Shown here piece by piece: positions 1 to 9,663 of a DNA stretch of 64,000 bases. The notes beneath the pieces are model-generated. The model searched no databases and was not told the DNA's origin. It saw nothing but the letters and a program-made list of their open reading frames with translations. The DNA lies in contig CAMQWP010000004.1 in NCBI GenBank assembly GCA_947038565.1, forward strand, positions 9,010 to 73,009, in the 5' to 3' direction. The first letter of the stretch is position 1; every line of letters begins with the position of its first letter. Position numbers and translations under genes: made by a program. This DNA comes from an uncultured Clostridia bacterium (GTDB lineage: Bacteria > Bacillota > Clostridia > Christensenellales > UBA3700).

Positions 1-1076
1 ATATGTGCAATAAACTTAGACATTTCAGCACCAACGAACCACTCGCAAGCAGTAACGTCAGGAGAAGTATATGTCAAGTTAGTAGATAGTACAGCAGTAA
101 ATAAACCATCAGCATAAGCCTTATTGAATTTTTCTACGCCCTCAGTAAATAATGCGAAAGTAGCAGCTAGGAAAATATTGCGACAGCCTTTTTCTTTTAG
201 CTCTTTGCATAAGTGTAATACGCTATCACCAGTTGCGATAATATCATCAGCAACGAATATATCCTTGCCTTTAACATCATTGCCTATATACTCATGATTA
301 ACGATAGGGTTACGACCATTTATAATAGTAGCGTAATCACGACGTTTATAGAACATACCTAAGTCAATACCAAGTACTGATGAGTAGTAGATATTTCTGC
401 TCATTGCACCCTCATCAGGGCTAACTATCATGAAATTGTCTTTATTAAAATTAACATCAGGGAACTTCTTAAGCAATGCCTTTAGAATCTGGTATGATGC
501 TTGGAAATTATCAAAGCCTAGCTCTGGAATAGCATTTTGAACGCGAGGGTCATGAGCGTCAAAAGTGATGATATCACTTACACCCATTATCTCAAGCTCA
601 CGCAACATTTGAGCGCAGTCTAAAGACTCACGGCTATTTCTACGGTGCTGACGACCGCCGTATAATATCGGCATAACTACTGTCATTCTCTTCGCTTTAC
701 CAGCATTAGCACTGATAAGTCTTTTAAGATCTGCATAATGATCATCTGGAGACATTCTGTTATTCACACCGAACATATTGTATTCGATATTATAATTACC
801 TACATCACAGATTAGATACAAGTCTTTACCACGAACTGAATCATTGATAATACCTTTACCATCACCAGTAGTGAAACGTGGGCATTTACTATCTATCAAG
901 AAAGTATCACGTCTAACCTCTTCACCTAGCATTTCAGCTTCAGCGTTATACCACTTAACAAGATGTGCATCTACCATTTTGGCAAGGTCTCTTGCACCCT
1001 CTGTTGGTAATATTGCTAGATTACTAGCCTCACCGTTGCTATCGAACTTAAAGATTTTACCTAGATTAGCTGTCAT
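1..1076 (-). CDS. prs: ribose-phosphate pyrophosphokinase (partial; C-terminus lies beyond the left window edge)
   Basis: Minus-strand ORF running off the edge. ATG at 1076 is preceded by GGAGGATA. My own translation gives MTANLGKIFKF...VVMPILYGGRQHRRNSRE...IFVADDIIATGDS, which matches the Prs catalytic flexible-loop and PRPP-binding-loop motifs. The plus-strand ORF 844-1113 is an antisense artefact. Confidence 0.85.
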   Translation of the reverse strand, partial: MTANLGKIFKFDSNGEASNLAILPTEGARDLAKMVDAHLVKWYNAEAEMLGEEVRRDTFLIDSKCPRFTTGDGKGIINDSVRGKDLYLICDVGNYNIEYNMFGVNNRMSPDDHYADLKRLISANAGKAKRMTVVMPILYGGRQHRRNSRESLDCAQMLRELEIMGVSDIITFDAHDPRVQNAIPELGFDNFQASYQILKALLKKFPDVNFNKDNFMIVSPDEGAMSRNIYYSSVLGIDLGMFYKRRDYATIINGRNPIVNHEYIGNDVKGKDIFVADDIIATGDSVLHLCKELKEKGCRNIFLAATFALFTEGVEKFNKAYADGLFTAVLSTNLTYTSPDVTACEWFVGAEMSKFIAH

Positions 1077-1195
1077 TTTATATCCTCCAATGTATACTAT
1101 ACAAAAAAATTAATTGTCTTTAAAATTATACCCATAGCCGTTACTGCTTAACGGTATAAACGTTTACTTATTATATTATAACTATATTAATTAGC

Positions 1196-2677
1196 TTACT
1201 CGTTATAAAGATTAGTACTGCTAAATACTGCATCAGTAGCCACATTCGTACCTAATTTTTTAAGCATAAGCTCATCAGCACTAGGCAATATACAGCTTGC
1301 GTGAACCTCGCAACTACGAAGATCATTCATTTTACTTATTGCACTTGCAGCCTTAGTACTAGTTACTGCACATATACTAAGTGCTATTAACATCTCTTCT
1401 AGAGTAAGTGCACTATGCTTTTCTTTTAATAGATCAGTTTTCATACGAACTATAGGCTCTAGTGTTGCCCTTGATATTAACATAACTTCATCATTAATTC
1501 CCGCAAGTGTCTTTACTGCATTCAAAACGCAGGCAGAAGACGCGGACAATAACTCGGAATTTTTACCAGTAACGATAGTGCCGTCGTGCAATTCTATAGC
1601 AACCACGGGAACACCCTCAAACTCTTTCGATCTTGATCTCGCAGCAAGAACTACCGCTCTATCTACAGGAGTGATACCTAGATCACCTAATAATAATTCG
1701 ATACGTTCTTTCACGCAAGCATCAGAATTACCTTGAGCATAGTCACAACTAGCTTTATAATATCTTCTAATTACTTCTTGATTTGCAGCATTGCATACCT
1801 CTTTATCATCAATAATAGCATATCCTGCCATGTTAACGCCCATATCAGTAGGAGAATTATACAAGCACTCGCCTGTAATTCTCTCTAGAATAGACTTTAC
1901 TACTGGGAATACTTCTATATCCCTATTGTAGTTAACACTTCTCACGCCGTATTTTTCTAAATGGAAGTGATCTATCATATTAACATCTTTAAGATCAGCA
2001 GTTGCCGCCTCGTAAGCTACATTCACTGGATGCTTCAATGGAAGGTTCCAAATTGGGAAAGTCTCAAACTTAGCATAGCCTGCGAAAATTCCATTCTTAT
2101 GTTCGTGATAAAGCTGTCCTAAACAAGTTGCTAGCTTTCCACTTCCTGGACCTGGAGCAGTTACAACTACTAACGGACGAGTTGTTTTAATGAAAGGATT
2201 TTTACCATATCCCTCATCAGAGATAATTACGTCAATATCAGTTGGATAGCCTTTGGTTTTAGTATGAACATACATACACTCGCCGCGTCTTTCCATCTTA
2301 GCCTTAAATACGTCCGCAGCTGACTGACCCTCATATTGAGTTATCACTATGCTACTAACATAAATATTTAAAGCCCTCAAATTATCAATAAGCCTCATGA
2401 CATCAGCGTCATAACCGATACCATAATCAGCCCTGATCTTATTTCTCGCAAGATCCGCCGCACTGATGGCAATAATTATCTCAGCCTTGTCTTTAAGGGT
2501 TTCTAAAAGTTTCACTTTAGCATTGACATCAAAACCGGGCAAAACACGAGCCGCATGACAATCATCAAACAGCTTTCCGCCGAACTCTAGATACAATTTA
2601 TCAAATTGATCAATCCTATTTAATATTTCAACTTTTTGTCTCATTACATATTCTTTGTTATTAAATCCTATCTTCAT
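1196..2677 (-). CDS. DUF1846 / UPF0371 family protein
   Basis: N-terminus MKIGFNN..YLEFGGKLFDD.HAARVLPGF is typical of UPF0371. I moved the start to ATG 2677, where GAGG lies 5 nt upstream. Confidence 0.8.
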   Translation of the reverse strand: MKIGFNNKEYVMRQKVEILNRIDQFDKLYLEFGGKLFDDCHAARVLPGFDVNAKVKLLETLKDKAEIIIAISAADLARNKIRADYGIGYDADVMRLIDNLRALNIYVSSIVITQYEGQSAADVFKAKMERRGECMYVHTKTKGYPTDIDVIISDEGYGKNPFIKTTRPLVVVTAPGPGSGKLATCLGQLYHEHKNGIFAGYAKFETFPIWNLPLKHPVNVAYEAATADLKDVNMIDHFHLEKYGVRSVNYNRDIEVFPVVKSILERITGECLYNSPTDMGVNMAGYAIIDDKEVCNAANQEVIRRYYKASCDYAQGNSDACVKERIELLLGDLGITPVDRAVVLAARSRSKEFEGVPVVAIELHDGTIVTGKNSELLSASSACVLNAVKTLAGINDEVMLISRATLEPIVRMKTDLLKEKHSALTLEEMLIALSICAVTSTKAASAISKMNDLRSCEVHASCILPSADELMLKKLGTNVATDAVFSSTNLYNE

Positions 2678-2909
2678 ATAAACCTCATTCGTACTATATC
2701 CTATATATGATACCATTTTATGAATGATTTTTCAATCCTTTTAGCACATTTTTTTGTAATATTTTTATTTTACCTATTATTTACAAATATTACCATAAAT
2801 GATATATAGGTAAATTTTTACTTATGCAGGTATTGTCCACTAGATATATTATAAAACTTTCTTATAGTCTCAGTGCAAAGCAAGTATTATGTGCAATGAA
2901 AATAGCAAA

Positions 2910-2946
2910 TAAAAACACGCACAATTCGCAATTAATCGTGCGTGTT
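2910..2946 (-). terminator. rho-independent terminator after ypeB
   Basis: Stem ACACGCAC (2915-2922) pairs with GTGCGTGT (2938-2945). A T-run follows on the minus strand. Confidence 0.6.
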
Positions 2947-2994
2947 ACAATTATTATATAGATTATCTTATATTATAATATTATATATACATTA

Positions 2995-4380
2995 TTACAT
3001 CAATAAATCGCCTTGATTACTGTCTATCATTCGCAAGACATTGATTTCTTCACCGGTTTTAGCGTCCACATATATAAAGTACTTTTCGCCATTAAATTCT
3101 CCAACCAATTCATAGCACAACTTTTCGCTTGTAACATTAATCGGTATCACACATAATCTTGCGTCGATATTTTCAAGTATCGCACTAGCACTAAGGACTG
3201 CCTCCTCTATGCTTATAGTAGCCTTAATATCTTCTGCTTTTCTCTCTACATGATTAAATGCATAGTTTAATCCTTCATAACCTATTATCTCTCCAGTGTC
3301 TAAGCTGATCTTCAGCTTGATCATGTCAGGATACATCACTACACCGTTTTGCACATTGCACATATTTATATACACATTACTATCATTATTATTTATCCAA
3401 ACGGCTTGCATGTCAGTCAGTCCTATTGACTCACAGTACTGGTTTGCTATTACCTCGCATTGCTCAAGATCAAGCATCGGATCAGTTACATCATGATATA
3501 GATCAAGTAGTAATAATAGTCCGCCTTTTTTAGCTATCTGCACAGTGCAGTTTCGCTCTATTTCACCTTTTAGCAATACCGAATAAATATAGCTAGGTAT
3601 TCTATTGTTATTCTCAATAACGTTTGTTACCTCAGTTATCTCATAACTATATAGATATTTATAAAGCAATTCTCTTGTCTCTGCCTCAGTTAGCTCTTCG
3701 CCGACCGTACCTTTTGGATCTCTATCCATAACGCCGTCACTAAATGGTCCATCATAAATAAGACTAGGATACTCTACAGAAGTCTCATCCATGCCCTCAA
3801 ATATTTCATTGAATTGATCGTCCATTTCGCCTAAACTCTCCGCAAAAGAATATCCTGTCGCCAAATGCTCTTGCATACTATTTAGTACTTTTCCGTACTC
3901 TTTAGACACTTCCCACATCTTGGTTAATGTTTCCGCATTTGAAGTAGTCAACTTTTTACCACTCGCAATATTTCGTCCTAGGTACTGGCTATACCCTCCA
4001 AGCTGATTAAAAAACATATTCAACTTTTCAAGGCTACCTGTATCACTAGACAATAGTGCTAAGTGAGTGCTAGCGATCTGACAATTTACATCTATACTCT
4101 CTAACGCTTCTTCAAGCACACGATCACCAGTCATAACTCTTGTTTTTGCAAGTTCATTTTCTATATCTACTAGACTTGCTACTAATCCATAATACGCTCG
4201 TTGATAAGAATTTTCATTATTACTCATAAGTCGACCTCTATCACTTGCCGTAAGACCAAATAGAACGCTTAATGTTATTATCACAGCAAGCAATATGCTC
4301 GCAGTAACACCTATTATCCACATTTGCGGCTTAGTCATTCTTCTACGCATAAGCCCAGCATCTCTTTCATTTTTACTCAT
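2995..4380 (-). CDS. ypeB: germination protein YpeB (N-terminal TM anchor, PepSY-type C-terminal repeats)
   Basis: 461 aa with a single N-terminal TM segment. Sits immediately downstream of sleB, as in the canonical sleB-ypeB operon. AGGAGAAGT precedes the ATG. Confidence 0.8.
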   Translation of the reverse strand: MSKNERDAGLMRRRMTKPQMWIIGVTASILLAVIITLSVLFGLTASDRGRLMSNNENSYQRAYYGLVASLVDIENELAKTRVMTGDRVLEEALESIDVNCQIASTHLALLSSDTGSLEKLNMFFNQLGGYSQYLGRNIASGKKLTTSNAETLTKMWEVSKEYGKVLNSMQEHLATGYSFAESLGEMDDQFNEIFEGMDETSVEYPSLIYDGPFSDGVMDRDPKGTVGEELTEAETRELLYKYLYSYEITEVTNVIENNNRIPSYIYSVLLKGEIERNCTVQIAKKGGLLLLLDLYHDVTDPMLDLEQCEVIANQYCESIGLTDMQAVWINNNDSNVYINMCNVQNGVVMYPDMIKLKISLDTGEIIGYEGLNYAFNHVERKAEDIKATISIEEAVLSASAILENIDARLCVIPINVTSEKLCYELVGEFNGEKYFIYVDAKTGEEINVLRMIDSNQGDLLM

Positions 4381-4388
4381 ACTTCTCC

Positions 4389-5111
4389 TTAAATAGCAAA
4401 CTTATGCCTACCTATAGTAAGCTGTACTTGCCTTGACCATATCCAGTCACTAGTTGCCGTAGCAGGATTGAAATAATATATACAACCGTTACTAGGATCC
4501 CAACCATTCATAGCATCTCTTGCAGCTCGTTTTGCTTCCTCATTCGGCTCTAGATTCATTTGACCATCATGGACAGCAGTGAATGCCCACGGCTGATATA
4601 TCACTCCACTAATAGAGTTAGGAAATTTTGAACTTGCAACACGATTTAACACTACTGATCCTACTGCTACTTGACCAATATATGGCTCTCCTCTAGCCTC
4701 CGCATGTATGCACTTAGCTAGCAAATAGACATCACTTCCAGTATAGTTGCTATTACCCGAGCTACCTCCTGAAATATCAACACCTAGTTTCTCAGCAGTA
4801 CGAGAACCTACTATACCATCAGAAGTAAGACCGTTATCGCTTTGGAATTTTTTGACAGCACTTACAGTTTTTGAACCAAATATACCATCTACAGTCCCTA
4901 CGCTATACCCTTTTTCATTCAACTTCTTTTGTATGTCCTTGACGATAGTCCCGCTTGCTCCCGACCTAATAGTCATGACCGCGTCGTCACTCTCTGCATA
5001 AGTAATAGGCAAATATATCGCTACTGCTATAATGCAAATCGCTAAGATTACCGCCGTTATAATAAAGCAAATCTTCCCTTTATTATCCTTGATCGAATTA
5101 ATTCTACTCAT
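4389..5111 (-). CDS. sleB: spore cortex-lytic enzyme SleB (two PG-binding repeats plus a SleB/CwlJ hydrolase domain)
   Basis: GSKTVSAVKKFQSDNGLTSDGIVG is a PG_binding_1 repeat. The C-terminal AEARGEPY..VA.VVLNRV...ISGVIYQP.AF region is the Hydrolase_2 signature. RBS is AAGGAG. Confidence 0.85.
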   Translation of the reverse strand: MSRINSIKDNKGKICFIITAVILAICIIAVAIYLPITYAESDDAVMTIRSGASGTIVKDIQKKLNEKGYSVGTVDGIFGSKTVSAVKKFQSDNGLTSDGIVGSRTAEKLGVDISGGSSGNSNYTGSDVYLLAKCIHAEARGEPYIGQVAVGSVVLNRVASSKFPNSISGVIYQPWAFTAVHDGQMNLEPNEEAKRAARDAMNGWDPSNGCIYYFNPATATSDWIWSRQVQLTIGRHKFAI

Positions 5112-5339
5112 GATACTCCTTATCGTCAGGTCAACCCCGACTAATTATTGTGCATACTATTCAGTTATTGCAAGCTTTATCCTCCTGTCTTGTGGAAGAT
5201 AAATCTCGCTTTATTTATCCGAGAATATGTATTATCACTTAACACTAAACTAGAACGGGGGGAGTATCTAACCATATTAAGTGATATTTAATTAATTGAT
5301 TATCGTCATGTTTCCACATGATCAAGTATCAAATAAAGA

Positions 5340-5855
5340 CTATTTTATCTTGTTAAACCATTCTTTGATAACCGACTTATACTCTATGTCATCACCTTCG
5401 CTATCTTCAGTCACAAAGCACAGCGGCGGAAATGCTACGCACCACCAATTATCACCTTTTCCTGTACCTAACTCTATAATCAATGCATCATACACTCCTG
5501 CACCTAGAGTTAGCTCTTCATAAGATCTGGTCGGGAATTCCTCACTGCAAACCTTAATATTCGAGCGGTATTCAAGCCCTAATTCACGAAGCCTATTATC
5601 AACGATTTGAGTAAGTACCGCTAAGTTTTGCTCTAGGACACTCATCATATCATCTTTATTATCTACACCCTCAGCTATAGGAACCAATGCCTTCACGACA
5701 ACAGATTTTATGTCGTACTTTATGTTTTGATCATATTCGCTATTGCTATTTGCTCTAATATGTAATCTAAGATAATCTTCTTCTTTATCATTTACTAAAA
5801 ATACGCAACTGATACATGCCACAATTGCCATCACACAAACCACTAATTTTTTCAT
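5340..5855 (-). CDS. spoIIR: stage II sporulation protein R
   Basis: LRLHIRANSNS...DNWWCVAFPPLCF are SpoIIR signatures. Start set at ATG 5855 (MKKLVVCV..., signal-like), which has GGAGGCGAAA upstream. Confidence 0.8.
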   Translation of the reverse strand: MKKLVVCVMAIVACISCVFLVNDKEEDYLRLHIRANSNSEYDQNIKYDIKSVVVKALVPIAEGVDNKDDMMSVLEQNLAVLTQIVDNRLRELGLEYRSNIKVCSEEFPTRSYEELTLGAGVYDALIIELGTGKGDNWWCVAFPPLCFVTEDSEGDDIEYKSVIKEWFNKIK

Positions 5856-6148
5856 TTTCGCCTCCGTTACTATTAGATTGTTGACTGATGATGATAAATA
5901 TATACAACAATACAAAATATAATAAAGAAACTTCACCGCAACCCCTATTATTCGCTTAACAAATCAGAATAATAGGAGTATACTAATAGACGTGTGGCAG
6001 CGATTGATTAAAAGTGATTATATTTACTCCATTAGTTATTATAATTTTTTGGATATATTATTTATAATTTCCGCAAGCAGTACTTATATAGCCTAGGCTA
6101 ATAACGTCATGCATTAAATTAATTATAATTTTCCAGAGGTATACATAT

Positions 6149-7753
6149 ATGAAACTTTCCATATTCAACAGCTTTCAGGGCTACAAATTCCCTGATTTTC
6201 TCCGCGACATAATGAGCGGAGTTCTTGTTGCAATAATAGCACTACCACTGTCTATTGCAATAGGCATTCAATCGGGTGAAGGTGCTACTCTTCAACAAGG
6301 TTTAATCACTGCAATAATAGCAGGATTCATGGTATCCATATTCGGTGGGTGTAGAGTTCAGATCGGCGGGCCTAGCGGAGCGTTTATCACTATTACTGTA
6401 GGTTACATAGCAAGCATAGGAATGCTAGGACTACACGCTGCAACTATTATGGCGGGTATCATCATGATACTATTAGGATTATTCAGAATAGGTGCGCTAG
6501 TTAAATACATGCCTTATCCTATAGTAATAGGATTTACTACAGGTCTTGGAATAACTCTCTTACTCGGTCAAATCGCCGACGTAACTGGCATTGTAACTAC
6601 TCCAAATTTTGATTTATTCAGCGGAACTCCTTCAATAATATTTAGCGACTTTGTAAATAAACTTGCAAACTTAGGTACAAATATTTCTACTTTAAATATA
6701 GCTACTCTATGCATAGGATTATTGACTATTGCTGTGATGGTTATACTAAGCAGAATAAGTAAAAAAATTCCTTCAGCATTCATTGCTATCATCATAGCAA
6801 CTTGCGTAACATTAATACTTGGAATTTTCAGCGAGACAAGTTTTGGCGTCGCTACTATCGGGACTGCGTATCCTAATATAAAACCTGAAATATCAATACC
6901 AAATTGGGGCAATATATCATCTATTAACTTTGCTAAACTTATTATCCCTGCGTTTGTTATTGCTTTTCTTGCTAGTATGGAAAGTCTACTATCAGCTACA
7001 GTATCAGACAACTTGACATCAAGCAAACATGACTCTAATGCTGAGTTATTCGGTCAAGGAATATCAAATATAACATGTAGTTTTTGCGGCGGACTACCAG
7101 CGACTGGAGCGATAGCAAGAACTGCTACAAATATACAAAACGGTGGAACTACTCCTATCGCGGGTATTACTCACTCGATAGTATTATTACTAATGTTTTT
7201 TGTACTTATGCCATTACTTAAATTTATCCCAATGGCATGTCTTGGCGCTGTGCTTGTAATGGTATCTATCCAAATGGCAAAATTTAGATTATACTTCAGC
7301 TTAGCGACATTTAACAAACGTGATACAATAATACTAATAGCGACGCTAGTGCTTACTGTATATAAGGATCTAATCTACGGCGTACTTGGCGGACTACTGA
7401 TCACAATACTTATTATGTCAACTGACCTTTTTCGCAAACACGATATCGAAACTCTTGAAGGAATGCAAGTTGCAGACGTATCGGATCAAGATACTACTAA
7501 TAGTACGATCGTCACTCCTAATACAAATTTAACTTTTATCAGCGGTACAAAACTTGTAGAAAGCATTGAGAAAAGTAGCAAGACTTGTAGCCATATAATT
7601 CTAGACTTATGCAAGGTAAAAACTGTAGACGTATCGTCAGTAGAAAAGATAACAAAACTAGAGCGAAACTTGCTCAAGAATGACATAAAAATAATTATCA
7701 TAAATCATAACGATAGCGTCAAACTACAGCTAGATAAGATGCGTAGACTGTAG
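6149..7753 (+). CDS. SulP family inorganic anion transporter with a C-terminal STAS domain
   Basis: 534 aa and polytopic, with SulP-typical N-terminal motifs (D..SG..VA...LP.S.A) and a soluble C-terminal tail of about 100 aa. Confidence 0.85.
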   Translation: MKLSIFNSFQGYKFPDFLRDIMSGVLVAIIALPLSIAIGIQSGEGATLQQGLITAIIAGFMVSIFGGCRVQIGGPSGAFITITVGYIASIGMLGLHAATIMAGIIMILLGLFRIGALVKYMPYPIVIGFTTGLGITLLLGQIADVTGIVTTPNFDLFSGTPSIIFSDFVNKLANLGTNISTLNIATLCIGLLTIAVMVILSRISKKIPSAFIAIIIATCVTLILGIFSETSFGVATIGTAYPNIKPEISIPNWGNISSINFAKLIIPAFVIAFLASMESLLSATVSDNLTSSKHDSNAELFGQGISNITCSFCGGLPATGAIARTATNIQNGGTTPIAGITHSIVLLLMFFVLMPLLKFIPMACLGAVLVMVSIQMAKFRLYFSLATFNKRDTIILIATLVLTVYKDLIYGVLGGLLITILIMSTDLFRKHDIETLEGMQVADVSDQDTTNSTIVTPNTNLTFISGTKLVESIEKSSKTCSHIILDLCKVKTVDVSSVEKITKLERNLLKNDIKIIIINHNDSVKLQLDKMRRL

Positions 7754-7914
7754 ACGTATACGGGTTTTGCTCTCATAATCGTAATATCGGATACTTTGCC
7801 ATATAATTTGTCAGATAATACAAAACACAATTACTACAATTACTACATCAAATTATTTGCAATTTTTTATGCAAAACAATTACTGATTTTATTCAAATTA
7901 ATTACAATAAATAT

Positions 7915-7949
7915 AAAAAAAGCTGAGTGTTTAAACTCAGCTTTTTTTA
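7915..7949. terminator. bidirectional rho-independent terminator (SulP gene / pyrD)
   Basis: AAAAAA-AGCTGAGT-gtttaa-ACTCAGCT-TTTTTTT. Confidence 0.75.
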
Positions 7950-7984
7950 TATTTATTCTGTTTTAATAGATATTTTATTATCAA

Positions 7985-8893
7985 TTAATCTACTTTTAAA
8001 GTACCTACTAATTCATTAATATCTATGTTGTTCTCATCTACATATCTTTGTAGATCTTTTACAATATTATAGCTAGCCATAGGATCATAAATATTTGCAG
8101 CGCCTACTTGAACAGCACTTGCTCCACATATCATAAACTCTAATACGTCTGTATAACTAGTAATACCACCAAGACCGACAATAGGTATATTGACAGCATT
8201 GTAACATTGCCATACCATTTTTAGTGCGACTGGTTTGATTGCAGAACCTGACATGCCACCCATTACATTTGCAAGGACTGGTCGTCTAGTTTTGTAATTC
8301 ACAGCCATACCGCCAACAGTATTTATAAGTGATATTGCATCCGCTCCACCCGCCTCGGCAGCTCTTGCATTATCAGCAATATTAGCTACGTTCGGAGTTA
8401 GTTTTATCATAAGCGGTTTACGGCAAGTATCTCTTACCGCACGAGTAATCATCTCGACATTTTTAGGGTCAATACCTAATGCTGCTCCGCCTGCTTTCAC
8501 ATTCGGACAGCTTATATTAAGCTCTACCATATCTACGCCGTCAATGCTTACTTTATCGCAAATACTTATATAGTCATCTACTGTAGATCCCGCCACATTT
8601 GCAATGATTCTGGTATCTATAGTTTTCAACCAAGGCAAGTAGTTTTCTATAAAATATTCAACGCCTGGATTTTGAAGTCCTACACTATTAAGCATACCCA
8701 TAGGGCTCTCTGCGATACGTGGATTAGCATTGCCATCACGCTCTAAAAGCGTTAGACCTTTTGTGCTAAATCCGCCAAGCTCTGATATGTCATAAAACTC
8801 GTTATACTCGCGACCAAAACCAAATGTGCCTGACGCTGGGATAATAGGATTTTTGAAATCCACTCCAGCGATATTAACTTTTAGATTACTCAT
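7985..8893 (-). CDS. pyrD: dihydroorotate dehydrogenase 1B, catalytic subunit
   Basis: 302 aa with class-1 DHOD motifs (NPIIPASGTFGFG, NISCPNV, GGI.S..D..E). ATGA overlap with pyrK. Confidence 0.9.
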   Translation of the reverse strand: MSNLKVNIAGVDFKNPIIPASGTFGFGREYNEFYDISELGGFSTKGLTLLERDGNANPRIAESPMGMLNSVGLQNPGVEYFIENYLPWLKTIDTRIIANVAGSTVDDYISICDKVSIDGVDMVELNISCPNVKAGGAALGIDPKNVEMITRAVRDTCRKPLMIKLTPNVANIADNARAAEAGGADAISLINTVGGMAVNYKTRRPVLANVMGGMSGSAIKPVALKMVWQCYNAVNIPIVGLGGITSYTDVLEFMICGASAVQVGAANIYDPMASYNIVKDLQRYVDENNIDINELVGTLKVD

Positions 8894-9663
8894 AGTATCA
8901 CCTCTTTCATAGGGAATACTGGACCATCAACGCAAGCACGCAAATACTTGTCGCCTTTTGGAGTCTTGACTTTACAATTACATACAAGGCAAGCACCAAC
9001 ACCACAACCCATTCTTCTCTCTAGTGATATGAATACAGGAATATCCATACCTTCAAGCTCTCGAGCAAGTGACTTATACATTATCTCAGGGCCACAGCAA
9101 AGTATTGCATCGGGTTTTATCATAGCTAGCTTGCTTGCAAGCAGACTTGTAACAAATCCTTTTTCGCCTAATGAACCATCATCAGTTGCGATATATACCT
9201 TTCCGCTTTTGCTTAGCTCGTCTACAAGCACAGCTTTACTAGCTGTCGCAAATCCTAAGAATGAATGGTAATCTTTATCCTGCCATGTAGTAGGAATAGC
9301 TGGCAATACAGCCACGCCCATTCCACCACCAACAAGTGCTATAGTTTTATAATCAGCGTCTAGTGAAAAGCCATTACCTAGAGGGAATAGAGCCTTAAGC
9401 TCAGTACCATTTTCAACTCTTGATAATATCTCAGTACCTTCTCCTACCACTGCGTATTCCACAGTAATAGTTTTAGCTGACATATCAAAGTTTGCTATAC
9501 AAAATGGTCTTCTCAAAGGGTGAGCTAGACTAGGAAGTGCTATATGAATAAACTGACCACCAACTATAAGCTCTGGGAAATCTTCAGAATGCACAACCAT
9601 CTCGAAGATTCCATCAGCAACTTTAGTGTTACTTAGTACGCTTACTACTCTATCTTTCATCAT
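8890..9663 (-). CDS. pyrK: dihydroorotate dehydrogenase electron-transfer subunit
   Basis: C-terminal CGVGACLVC.C 2Fe-2S motif. Start set at ATG 9663, which overlaps the carB stop (ATGA). The longer ORF-track start lies inside carB. Confidence 0.85.
   Translation of the reverse strand: MMKDRVVSVLSNTKVADGIFEMVVHSEDFPELIVGGQFIHIALPSLAHPLRRPFCIANFDMSAKTITVEYAVVGEGTEILSRVENGTELKALFPLGNGFSLDADYKTIALVGGGMGVAVLPAIPTTWQDKDYHSFLGFATASKAVLVDELSKSGKVYIATDDGSLGEKGFVTSLLASKLAMIKPDAILCCGPEIMYKSLARELEGMDIPVFISLERRMGCGVGACLVCNCKVKTPKGDKYLRACVDGPVFPMKEVIL

Noticed and set aside
5112-5339. Possible c-di-AMP (ydaO-type) riboswitch in the 228-nt region upstream of sleB. The region contains a C6 run and a TCGGGGTTGACC segment, and cell-wall hydrolase genes are frequent ydaO targets.
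   Set aside because: On the sleB-sense strand the conserved ydaO blocks (..CGGGGGACCC.., ..GGGGUGAAUC.., ..ACCCGACAGCUAACC..) are not present in the right order. The G-rich block sits on the wrong strand. A cmscan would be needed to overturn this.
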